64,000 nt of DNA from IMG/VR virus record IMGVR_UViG_2974529611_000001, positions 3,486 through 67,485 of that record. One strand, given 5' to 3'. The translations under genes were made by a program, and so were the position numbers. Source of the stretch: a virus. Taxonomy: Duplodnaviria > Caudoviricetes. Numbering within the stretch: the stretch's first letter is position 1; each line of letters opens with the position of its first letter. The notes below the pieces were generated by a model, which worked only from the letters and a program-made list of their open reading frames with translations, was not told the origin of the DNA and did no database searches. This document shows positions 56,116-64,000 of the stretch, piece after piece.

Positions 56116-56256
56116 CCTCAGCCATATCGGCTGAAACGGAGATAGTACCCTAATCGGGTAGGCTAGACCTGAGGGCGGATACCGGATGGACCGGGTTGGA
56201 ACGACCTGCGGCACACTTGCCAGCAACTTGCAGGCCCCGGTATTCGCCCTCTTCCA

Positions 56257-56532
56257 TTGAGCAGGCATAGAATGGGAGCAATAATGTACCTTCCTCGAAG
56301 TATCCAATTTCCAGACAGCAAGCGAGCGCCGCGTGGTGAGGGCGAAGCGAAGAAGCCCCTCAAGGTGTGGATGAGCCCCGAGATGGAAGAGACCGTCAAC
56401 CAGTGGTCGCATGACCTCAACTGTGCACCGGGCGTGATCGGCCGATGGCTCATGGGCATTGGTGCAGAGCATCTGAAAGCGGAGATCGAGCGAGAGCTTG
56501 GCGAAGAGTACGCCAACCGCCTCGTCAGTTGA
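56257..56532 (+). CDS. Putative ribbon-helix-helix DNA-binding protein
   Basis: LKVWMSPEMEETVNQWSHDL...VIGRWLM strand-helix-helix pattern upstream of the primase. Confidence 0.45.
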   Translation: MSRHRMGAIMYLPRSIQFPDSKRAPRGEGEAKKPLKVWMSPEMEETVNQWSHDLNCAPGVIGRWLMGIGAEHLKAEIERELGEEYANRLVS

Positions 56533-56625
56533 TCACCATCAGAACCCCCGGAGGGTCTCACCAGGCTACGCCGACCCCGTAGCCGTTTTGTCATGCCCAT
56601 CGTAGGGTAAGAAAGCGATCACCCA

Positions 56626-59397
56626 ATGGCAGAACCTGCTCGTGACATCAACTCGTCTCGGCCATTCCACCGTACGGCTCAGGCGTGGCTGGACAAGGGG
56701 CACCTTCCCTTCCCTTTGAAGCCAAAGGGTAAGAATCCCCTGGAGAAGGATGCCTATACTGGCAAGAAGAATCCATTCCCGAAGGACCCACAACAGTTCG
56801 TTGAGGCCCAGCTAGCTAAGGCACCGCAACGAGCCAACATTGGCATCTGGGTCGGCCCTGATATCATCTGTCTTGACATCGACCACTACGTCAAGGATGA
56901 GGGCGCCGACAAGGAGAAGCGATACGTTGGCCACGACGAGTACCTGAAGCTGGCGGAAGAACTCGGGCCGCTTCCAGACACGTACATCACCACCGCACGC
57001 TCCGATGGTAAGAGTGGCATCCATTGGTACCGGATGCCCGAGAAGTACATCAACCGTGAGACGCTGAACAACACCATCAACCTGTCTGGCAAGGCAGCGA
57101 GCAACATTGATGTTGTCCACCGTGGTTATCGTTTCGCTGTCGTCGGCCCTTCCATTCACCCTGAGACCGACTCACCATATCGAACCTACGCCCCTGGTGT
57201 GGCACCGGATGGTAAGTCCTTCGAGGCCACCGATCCCTTCTCCACCGAAGACCTGCCGTACCTGCCTGAACCGTGGATCAAGTTCCTTTCCAAGGACTAC
57301 ACCGAGTACAGCGAAGTCGACATGGACATGTCGATGCAGTCCGACAAGATCATCGACTGGTACCGGGACCGTATGCCCAAGGGCAAACCTTGTGCTCAGG
57401 TCAAGAAGTCCTTGAAATACGCTCTCAAGGAATTGAGTGAGCGAGCCGATGGACACGAAGTGCTCACCGCAGCTGACTGGAATCTCTTGAGCCTTGGCTC
57501 CGAGGGCCACCCTGGGGCATTGGCTGGGGCGAAGTACTTTGAGAAGCAGTACTTCGAGTCCATGGTGAAGCGAGGCAAGCGTTCACCGTCTGAGGTGAAG
57601 CGGGAAATCTTTCGGTCCAGGACCAACGCCATCCGTAAGATCAAGGCCCACGTCGATAAGATGGAGGACGAGGGCATCGACGTGGTGGGGAAGTCTTGCA
57701 CCTGCGTCGACTTGAGCGAAATCGTTAGGGCGCAGTCGGAGGAACTAGCCTCAATTATCTCCCTCGTGCCGCTCGACGCCGGGAAGGCCGAGACGAAGGG
57801 CGGGGGTACCGTTCGGAGTCCCGAGGACTACTCGATGGACGATGATGGAAATGCTGAGTTCCTCTACGACCTCACCGGCCATGACAATCTCAAGTACGTC
57901 AAGGGGGTGAACAAGTTCATCCTGTGGAATGGTAAGCGGTGGAAGCAGGATGACGAGCTTCACTCGTTGACTCGAATCGTCTACCAGAAGGTGAAGGAAC
58001 GACAGCAGACCTACGCCAACTCATTGAAGGATGCCGTCACCGAAGCAGCCAGCGGACTTCAAGAGGCTCGGAACGAGCAAGCCAAAGACGGCTCGGTGTC
58101 TTCAGCGACCGAGGATTACAACACGGCCAAGAAGAAGTACAACGAGTGGCTGAGGTGGGCCCAGAGGTCCGGCAATGTACTCCATATCAAGAATGCACTC
58201 ACCGCATATCAATCAACTAGCTTCGAGTCCACCATTGATTCGGGCGACCTTGATGCTAACCGTATGCTACTGGGCGTAAAGAATGGAGTACTTGAGCTTC
58301 GTGAGGACCGGGTGGTGTTCCGCCAGGCGAAGTACAGTGACTTCGTCACCTTGAACACTGGCATCGAGTATTTCGAGGGTGGCATTGCTGAGGCGGCACG
58401 GAAGGGTGGAGACCTGGCTGAGTCGGCGATCATGTGGGAGAACTACCTCAACAAGGTCCTGCCGGACCTGGAGCTGAGGGAGTTCGTCCAGCGAGCATTC
58501 GGTGCAGCACTGGGTGGACCAGGCAAAGAGCGGCTGATGTACTTCCTCTATGGACCGAGCACGACTGGTAAGTCGACCATGATTCGGCTCATTGAGGAGG
58601 CATTGGGGGACTACTCGATGCCCATCAACCTCAACATCTTCAAGAATGCCAAGCTCAATCCTGCACTCGGAGAGGCCATGGACCGTCGAGTTGTGGTGGC
58701 AAGCGAGGTCTCGCTAGAGACCGGGATGGATGAAGGGATTGTCAAGCAGATCACCGGCAACGATCCGCTCTCCGTTGAGTACAAGAACTCAAACCACATG
58801 AAGCGGGGCATCTTCAAGGCGACCGTAGCCATTGCCACGAACGTTCCACCGAGGATCAAGGGGGCCGATGATGCGCTGTATCGACGGCTCTGCGTCATGC
58901 CATTCAATGAACGGCTGACCAGCGAGAACCCTAACTTCGTGGATGACTTCGTTCGTAAGAACGGGCTCACCATGGTCTTCCACTGGATGGTCGACGGCTA
59001 CCAGGCATACACCAAGAAGGGGTTGCATCGTGGCACTTGGCCGGAACGGGTGAAGCTAGCCACCTTGGAGTTCGGCCACGGCATGAGTGATATCGGCGAG
59101 TTCTTGGAGGCAACCGTAGTAGAAGTGCCCTTCAACGGTGAGACTGTCGAGACTCGCAGCTCTACTGCTCTGGAATGCAAGTCGGTCTACAAGGCATACG
59201 AGTCGTGGTGTACCAAGCAGAAGATACCAGACGGAGACCGTCTGACCTTGAACGGATTCGGTCGGCAAATGAAGGCCCAGGGGTACCGAAGCCATGCCGT
59301 AAGGATGGTGAAGGGCAATCCGCCAGTCAAAGTTTACGAGGGAATCCAGTTCGTAGAGAGCTATGGCTCCACGCCGCAGTTCAAGGATGGAAGTTAG
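56626..59397 (+). CDS. Bifunctional primase-polymerase fused to D5/P4-type SF3 helicase
   Basis: FPLKPKGKNP, CLDID, SGIHWY and GFAVVGPS-like prim-pol motifs; DDDGNA; GPSTTGKST Walker A; RLCVMPF. Confidence 0.9.
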   Translation: MAEPARDINSSRPFHRTAQAWLDKGHLPFPLKPKGKNPLEKDAYTGKKNPFPKDPQQFVEAQLAKAPQRANIGIWVGPDIICLDIDHYVKDEGADKEKRYVGHDEYLKLAEELGPLPDTYITTARSDGKSGIHWYRMPEKYINRETLNNTINLSGKAASNIDVVHRGYRFAVVGPSIHPETDSPYRTYAPGVAPDGKSFEATDPFSTEDLPYLPEPWIKFLSKDYTEYSEVDMDMSMQSDKIIDWYRDRMPKGKPCAQVKKSLKYALKELSERADGHEVLTAADWNLLSLGSEGHPGALAGAKYFEKQYFESMVKRGKRSPSEVKREIFRSRTNAIRKIKAHVDKMEDEGIDVVGKSCTCVDLSEIVRAQSEELASIISLVPLDAGKAETKGGGTVRSPEDYSMDDDGNAEFLYDLTGHDNLKYVKGVNKFILWNGKRWKQDDELHSLTRIVYQKVKERQQTYANSLKDAVTEAASGLQEARNEQAKDGSVSSATEDYNTAKKKYNEWLRWAQRSGNVLHIKNALTAYQSTSFESTIDSGDLDANRMLLGVKNGVLELREDRVVFRQAKYSDFVTLNTGIEYFEGGIAEAARKGGDLAESAIMWENYLNKVLPDLELREFVQRAFGAALGGPGKERLMYFLYGPSTTGKSTMIRLIEEALGDYSMPINLNIFKNAKLNPALGEAMDRRVVVASEVSLETGMDEGIVKQITGNDPLSVEYKNSNHMKRGIFKATVAIATNVPPRIKGADDALYRRLCVMPFNERLTSENPNFVDDFVRKNGLTMVFHWMVDGYQAYTKKGLHRGTWPERVKLATLEFGHGMSDIGEFLEATVVEVPFNGETVETRSSTALECKSVYKAYESWCTKQKIPDGDRLTLNGFGRQMKAQGYRSHAVRMVKGNPPVKVYEGIQFVESYGSTPQFKDGS

Positions 59398-59405
59398 CAC
59401 CATCG

Positions 59406-59620
59406 GACTTCCCTCTACTTTTTACCTAGAAAGTAGAGGGAAGTCGGGGGAATCCTATGCTGACCTGCATAGAAATCGACGGGGCGTTACCGGGGGCCGA
59501 GAAACGGTTACGGTGAATAACCGCAGGTCGGAGCAGGTTTCTGAGGGCGGGAAAAGTGCAGGTCGGAGGGGGTAAAAACCGTAACCTCGATCGGTTACGG
59601 TGCGGTTACGCGGTTACGGT
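59406..59620. repeat. Putative replication origin: 16-bp inverted repeat plus iterons
   Basis: GACTTCCCTCTACTTT / AAAGTAGAGGGAAGTC; CGGTTACG x4 plus an inverted copy; GCAGGTCGGAG x2. Non-coding, directly after the primase-helicase. Confidence 0.6.
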
Positions 59621-59639
59621 TTTCGAGAGAGGAAATACC

Positions 59640-59882
59640 ATGCAGAAAGATGTGATTAACGTCACCTGTCCACGATGCAAGGCTCGGCCAGGAGAGCAGT
59701 GTGGCGGAAAGGCTCAGCCAGACAGTGCCGGTAATCGAGTCCATATACCACGGGTGGATCGGTACATCAAGGTTAGTAACCTTGCCACCGAAGCGTGGGA
59801 TCATTTGCAGACCGATGCCAGCAGTGAGTACCACCGGGAGCAGTTCTCGAAGAAGATGGATAAGGTCAGAGCATTAATTTGA
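59640..59882 (+). CDS. Zn-finger protein (CPRCKARPGEQC...H..R)
   Basis: GAGAGGA RBS before ATG 59640. Confidence 0.65.
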   Translation: MQKDVINVTCPRCKARPGEQCGGKAQPDSAGNRVHIPRVDRYIKVSNLATEAWDHLQTDASSEYHREQFSKKMDKVRALI

Positions 59883-59963
59883 TATAGTCACCCAAAGCGA
59901 GAGGGGTTCGAGACCGCCCTCGGACCGGCGTACCCTCGTAGGAGACCCACCCAGGAGGTAGCA

Positions 59964-60575
59964 ATGCCAGGACGACCAAGGGGTCGGCTCGCCAATGGGC
60001 CAACTCCATCAGAGATGAGCCATGGCCGGGGTACCCGCCCTTCGGTGGACCTGTTCCCCCAGCCAGACATGGACTATGACATCCTCGCTTATAAGCGAGC
60101 GGTGATGCAGACCGACCCCACTGTGGCTGATGCCGAGCTGGACTTCTACGGTGACATCGTGAACTACGATGAGTATGGCCGAGCACTGCCCACCTTGCGT
60201 GAGCGGGGCCATACTCCCATCGTGCGGGAACGTGGCCGAGGTGATATGGATGATCGCCTCGATCCGACCAACCCCTACCTGTACGAGCAGCGGGAAGGTG
60301 AACCAGGAGCCGACCCGAATGAAGCCTGGTGGAAGGGCGAGGTATCCGATCCACTACGTGTGGGTTGGGAAGAGGGCAACTATGACCCTGAGGCCAATGC
60401 CAAGACCGCAGCCTATAAGGCTGGTACCGGAGAGCAAGCCTGGATCAGCAACGCTGCCACTTCCATGCGAGACCGAAACGTACGGAAGATCAAGCGTGTC
60501 GGTGGCCCTCCGCAGCAGCACTACAACCCCAAAGGGGAGGCTGATCCCCGACGAGAGGAACAGCCTTGGACCTGA
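59964..60575 (+). CDS. Hypothetical protein
   Basis: AGGAGG RBS, 203 aa. Confidence 0.7.
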   Translation: MPGRPRGRLANGPTPSEMSHGRGTRPSVDLFPQPDMDYDILAYKRAVMQTDPTVADAELDFYGDIVNYDEYGRALPTLRERGHTPIVRERGRGDMDDRLDPTNPYLYEQREGEPGADPNEAWWKGEVSDPLRVGWEEGNYDPEANAKTAAYKAGTGEQAWISNAATSMRDRNVRKIKRVGGPPQQHYNPKGEADPRREEQPWT

Positions 60576-60766
60576 CCCTGAGTTGCAATGGCAGGCATCG
60601 GCAGTGCAGCCGATACCATGCCGACCTGGTAGCAAGCTACCGAGCAGAGCGGGAACGCCAAGAGTTAACCCTCGAAGGCATGGAGTACCAGAGCCGAGAG
60701 GACCACAATCGAGCATCACTCATCACCTTCGGTGAGTGGTTGAGAGGTAACAGGGTATATGGCTGA
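60566..60766 (+). CDS. Hypothetical protein
   Basis: GAGGA RBS, TTG start. Confidence 0.55.
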   Translation: MDLTLSCNGRHRQCSRYHADLVASYRAERERQELTLEGMEYQSREDHNRASLITFGEWLRGNRVYG

Positions 60767-61061
60767 GGCATTCGAGTCCGACCCCACAGACCAGCGGCAA
60801 TTGGCTGGATTGCAGAAGATCGAAGAGGGCATCATGGAGGTCAGCACCGCCCTCTTCGAGGACGAAGACATAGATCACATGATGCCAGTTTGCTGGGGAG
60901 TAGGCGTCGAACTCATCGGCTATAGTCGAGAGGGGCACCGGGTGCGACGGATCGAAACCCTGATGCCTGTGGGGCAGGGATTCTCCGCAACGCGGGGCAT
61001 CCTGGAGAATGCCGCTGAGGGCGCAGCCGATGCGTTCTTCAATGGCACCGAAGACGAATGA
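60759..61061 (+). CDS. Hypothetical acidic protein
   Basis: 100 aa, overlapping start. Confidence 0.65.
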   Translation: MAEAFESDPTDQRQLAGLQKIEEGIMEVSTALFEDEDIDHMMPVCWGVGVELIGYSREGHRVRRIETLMPVGQGFSATRGILENAAEGAADAFFNGTEDE

Positions 61062-61067
61062 AAGAAG

Positions 61068-61541
61068 ATGGAGCGCATGGACGCCAGCAAGATTGAGATT
61101 TACACCGACATTGGGGGTCGAGTCTACGTCAACCCAGAGGGCAAGGGGTTCCCCTGGATGATTGTCGAAGAGGGCGAAGAGCCTGGTTCAATCCGACTCA
61201 CCTCCAGGGCAATTGATGCTGATACCAAGGCCACCCTCACGAGGTGGGAGGCCGTGGGCAAGTATGACCCGCTGCTGCCAACTCAGAAGTCCCTGGTGCG
61301 ATTCCGAGATCAAGTGGCCGAGGCACTGGGCTATGACGTGGAAGAGGGCCGGTACTCTCTCCGAACGCTTCTGGATAGCATCCGGTTCCTCCACGACACA
61401 TCGCTGAAGACCACGATTGACAATCCGCCAACCAAGTCCTTGGGTAAGACCCAGGAGCCAAGTGCCATCGACCTCCTCAAGCACATCGTTGCCACCCAAG
61501 CCCAGATCATCGCCGACCTCACCGAACGGATCAGCAAGTGA
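61068..61541 (+). CDS. Hypothetical protein
   Basis: 157 aa, GTGA coupling. Confidence 0.65.
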   Translation: MERMDASKIEIYTDIGGRVYVNPEGKGFPWMIVEEGEEPGSIRLTSRAIDADTKATLTRWEAVGKYDPLLPTQKSLVRFRDQVAEALGYDVEEGRYSLRTLLDSIRFLHDTSLKTTIDNPPTKSLGKTQEPSAIDLLKHIVATQAQIIADLTERISK

Positions 61542-62047
61542 CCGAGAACCACGTCAGCCAGACGCTCGCTGCCAAGGCAGCCATTGAGCAGGCCAAGGTC
61601 AAGAAGCAGACCGAGAAGTCCATGTCCATGTACGCCGATGCCGACTCCATTGGCAAGGTGTGCCGCTACCTGGCAGGCTTCGCCTCTGTGGCATGGAGCA
61701 AGCCGCCGACTGGTGAGTTCGATCCGGACACTGCCAACATGGCAGCGTACCTGGCCGAGAAGCGCCTGGAAGAGATCATCCGAGATCGTATCTCAGAGGT
61801 CATCAACGGCCAGGTGGCGGACATGCTCGAACAGGCCCAGGCCAAGATCAACGCCTTCCCTGATCTGGGTGAGGACCCATACCTGTTCTTCAAGGTGGGG
61901 ATGCGAGTTCGGCTGGCTGAAAGCGATGAGCCGATCTTTGGCACGGTTACCGCCCGCAACCCCAACTCGCCGACGATGGTGAATGTTGAGTGGGATGACG
62001 AAGCCACCAACAGCGTCCTTCGACCCCGAGACCTCGTGGTGCTCTAG
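61538..62047 (+). CDS. Hypothetical protein with SH3/KOW-like C-terminus
   Basis: FKVGMRVRL...GTVT...VNVEWDD pattern. Confidence 0.65.
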   Translation: MTENHVSQTLAAKAAIEQAKVKKQTEKSMSMYADADSIGKVCRYLAGFASVAWSKPPTGEFDPDTANMAAYLAEKRLEEIIRDRISEVINGQVADMLEQAQAKINAFPDLGEDPYLFFKVGMRVRLAESDEPIFGTVTARNPNSPTMVNVEWDDEATNSVLRPRDLVVL

Positions 62048-63393
62048 TGGGTACCACTAGGGCTCGGAACATTGGGGTTGCCGACACGGTTGAGAACCGC
62101 TCTCTCAATCTGATCGGCAAGCCCGATGGGCCGATGAAGTACATTGATGAGTTCGGCTTTGAGGTTGGCACATTCACCAATCCGCGAACCGACCTGTACC
62201 GAGCCAAGGCTCGTACTGAGTTTGGCACCCTGATGCACCACGTCCCGCCCAGCAAGCGGGGCTACTACCGGCCAGAGCAGTGTGCCGACTACGATCCAGA
62301 TGAGTTCGAGTACATCGTGGACCAGAAGGGCTATGCCCTCTGCACTCGGAAGACCAAATCAGGCAAAGCCTGTGCCAGCCGAGCACTCCACATGAGCTGG
62401 GTCTGCACTGCCCATGGTGGTGCTCTGCACCCCCTGGACAAGGCCATCTCTGAGGAGCGAGCATTGATGCCCACCAAGGATGGCGTCAGGCATGGCAACC
62501 AGTACCTGCCCGATGAGTTGGTGGGCCGCATGACTCGGTACCAGAAACTGGTCCACGGCATCATCACAGTCGAAGACCTGGATGACGAAGAGTTGGCCCG
62601 AGGCCAGTGCCGAGACGAAAATGGTCGCTTCAGCGGAAAGCCACCCAAGGCTATCCCCAAGGACATTCATGATGCCCTGGTGCGACGGCTCTTTGAGCGA
62701 GCACGCGAAGCGTTCCAGGCCGAGCTGCTCCCTGCGATCCAGACGCTCGGAGAGCTGGCACGGAGCGATGCTGTGGAACCGGCAGACCGGATCAAGGCCG
62801 CATCCCTGGTCATTGACCGGGTGATGGGCAAGAACGCCGAGGTCATCGTCCACAAGCAGGATGCCCCTTGGGAAGTGGCCCTCAAGACCATCACTGGCGG
62901 AAGTCGCGCCGAGTCCAGACGGGCTCGAGGTCTTGATCCAGAAACAGGCGAACCGATGGTTGACGCCGAGATCATTGATGAGGAGGACGAATATGTTGAG
63001 CTACCTGTTGACGCTGATGGAGATGCATCGGCATCTGGCGTAGGTGAAGACTGGGACCAGGACGAAGACGTACCTGTGGTACGTGGGACTCCTGTCGTTG
63101 AGGACGAGGAGGACGACTACACCACAGTCGGTGCTGCCATTGGCATCGACGAAGAGATACCAGGCGAAGCCGAAGCTAGGAAGGCCGAGGAGACCAAGAA
63201 CCTGCGAGACCGCCTCAAAGAGGCGCGTCGGCAACGGTACTCGGCACGCAATCGTGGGCTGGACTCGGTTGAGGACCTGCCCTACACCATGAAGTCCAAG
63301 AAGAACCCAGATGGTGAGGGGTACCTCATCACTCTGACGCTCGATCTGGACAAAGACCCAGGAAGGAAGCGTCAGAGTGGAGACTTTGGCTGA
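62047..63393 (+). CDS. Probable terminase small subunit
   Basis: CTRKTKSGKAC...CTAHGG (HGG-type motif), RDENGRF, DRIKAASLVIDRVMGK and an acidic tail. Confidence 0.6.
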   Translation: MGTTRARNIGVADTVENRSLNLIGKPDGPMKYIDEFGFEVGTFTNPRTDLYRAKARTEFGTLMHHVPPSKRGYYRPEQCADYDPDEFEYIVDQKGYALCTRKTKSGKACASRALHMSWVCTAHGGALHPLDKAISEERALMPTKDGVRHGNQYLPDELVGRMTRYQKLVHGIITVEDLDDEELARGQCRDENGRFSGKPPKAIPKDIHDALVRRLFERAREAFQAELLPAIQTLGELARSDAVEPADRIKAASLVIDRVMGKNAEVIVHKQDAPWEVALKTITGGSRAESRRARGLDPETGEPMVDAEIIDEEDEYVELPVDADGDASASGVGEDWDQDEDVPVVRGTPVVEDEEDDYTTVGAAIGIDEEIPGEAEARKAEETKNLRDRLKEARRQRYSARNRGLDSVEDLPYTMKSKKNPDGEGYLITLTLDLDKDPGRKRQSGDFG

Positions 63394-63586
63394 GCCAAAG
63401 AATGGCTATGTGGTACGGACAGATGGGCCGAAGGCCATCTGCATCCATTGTGGAGAGCCCATCTATAAGTACAATGTACCAATCCGTCCTGCGGAGACAG
63501 GATGGGCGCATAGCCGGACCTTCATGGTTGGCTGTCAGCCTTTCAGCACCCCGCGACCGACTCAGGTAGAATCGACGGCAGACTAA
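63377..63586 (+). CDS. Small Cys/His protein
   Basis: CIHCGEPI...WAH...C. Confidence 0.55.
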   Translation: METLAEPKNGYVVRTDGPKAICIHCGEPIYKYNVPIRPAETGWAHSRTFMVGCQPFSTPRPTQVESTAD

Positions 63587-63596
63587 GGAGGCCCCC

Positions 63597-63845
63597 ATGG
63601 GAATGACCCGCCTGCGCAACATCCTCACCGGAAGCCACAAGTTCACGCCCATCAAGCGTGAGATCGGCTTCGCCGAGCGACTGGGCGCATTCAAGATGGC
63701 AGAACGGGCCGCGCTCGAACAGCGCACCATGCCCCAGCTGCCGCCCACCCCGCACGTCAACGTGCCGGGTGTCAGCGGTGTCAAGGCCAAGCCGGGCCTC
63801 GGTGGCGGAGTCATCAACCCGCTCTCCAACCGCAAGGCCAAGTAA
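63597..63845 (+). CDS. Small, apparently highly expressed basic protein
   Basis: AAGGAGG RBS and capsid-like C/G codon bias. Confidence 0.7.
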   Translation: MGMTRLRNILTGSHKFTPIKREIGFAERLGAFKMAERAALEQRTMPQLPPTPHVNVPGVSGVKAKPGLGGGVINPLSNRKAK

Positions 63846-63943
63846 GCCTCGCTGGGCCCAACCCCCCAATCCCTGGACGGGTCCAGCAGGACGGTGGCTT
63901 GAGCGCCCGGTGGAGTCGGACCACGTCAGGAAAGCTCGCCCCG

Positions 63944-63977
63944 TGGGGCCCAGGTCACGTCACTGGCCTGGGCCCCA
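63944..63977 (+). other. Strong stem-loop before the RBS of a gene beyond the window
   Basis: GGGGCCCAGGTCA-CGTCAC-TGGCCTGGGCCCC, then AAAA and AGGAGG at ~63990. Confidence 0.6.
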
Positions 63978-64000
63978 AAACTTATCTCTAGGAGGACCAC

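Noticed and set aside
48860-59397. Inteins or introns in DnaE, ThyX or the primase-helicase
   Set aside because: Lengths are near normal for DnaE and the primase-helicase, motifs are contiguous, and no intein splice-junction or LAGLIDADG motifs were seen.
63846-63945. Possible tRNA or SRP-like RNA
   Set aside because: No T-loop (TTCGA), cloverleaf or SRP consensus could be built; kept only as a structured gap.
1-64000. Many long minus-strand and alternate-frame ORFs in the track (e.g. 8867..10339-, 37742..38824-, 28151..29254-, 3314..4360-)
   Set aside because: They are shadows of strongly codon-biased + strand genes in GC-rich DNA, with no RBS, no motifs and complete overlap with well-supported genes.

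Overview
The window holds most of the genome of a lytic long-tailed (siphovirus-type) actinobacteriophage, about 60% GC, with every credible gene on the + strand. The host is probably a mycolic-acid-containing bacterium such as Gordonia, Rhodococcus or Mycobacterium, inferred from an LGFP-repeat amidase endolysin and a cutinase-like LysB. Gene order: (1) two paralogous fibre/spike-like genes, the first cut by the window edge; (2) five tandem very basic proteins, a JAMM/MPN metalloprotease and a MuF-like head protein; (3) scaffold, decoration protein, major capsid, head-tail joining genes, major tail, tail chaperones joined by a probable +1 frameshift, a ~2400-aa tape measure and minor tail genes; (4) lysis cassette and terminator at ~30.4 kb; (5) small early genes separated by long inverted repeats; (6) SNF2 helicase, Cas4-like exonuclease, Sak4-like ATPase and an SSB-like protein; (7) an enzyme operon (FAD oxidoreductase, HAD phosphatase, Nmad1/DUF1599-like protein, methyltransferase, minimal AEP-like protein, SDR, DnaE, MazG-like protein, variant ThyX) that looks like an uncharacterised nucleotide/DNA modification pathway; (8) RuvC, a displaced LysB, primase-helicase, a putative origin and a probable small terminase. 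No large terminase, portal, integrase, repressor, tRNA, rRNA or CRISPR array was recognised. The two best candidates for new biology are the basic-protein/JAMM/MuF head module (3.1-7.7 kb) and the putative modification operon (44.4-54.5 kb). All family assignments come from motif recognition by eye, not from database searches.
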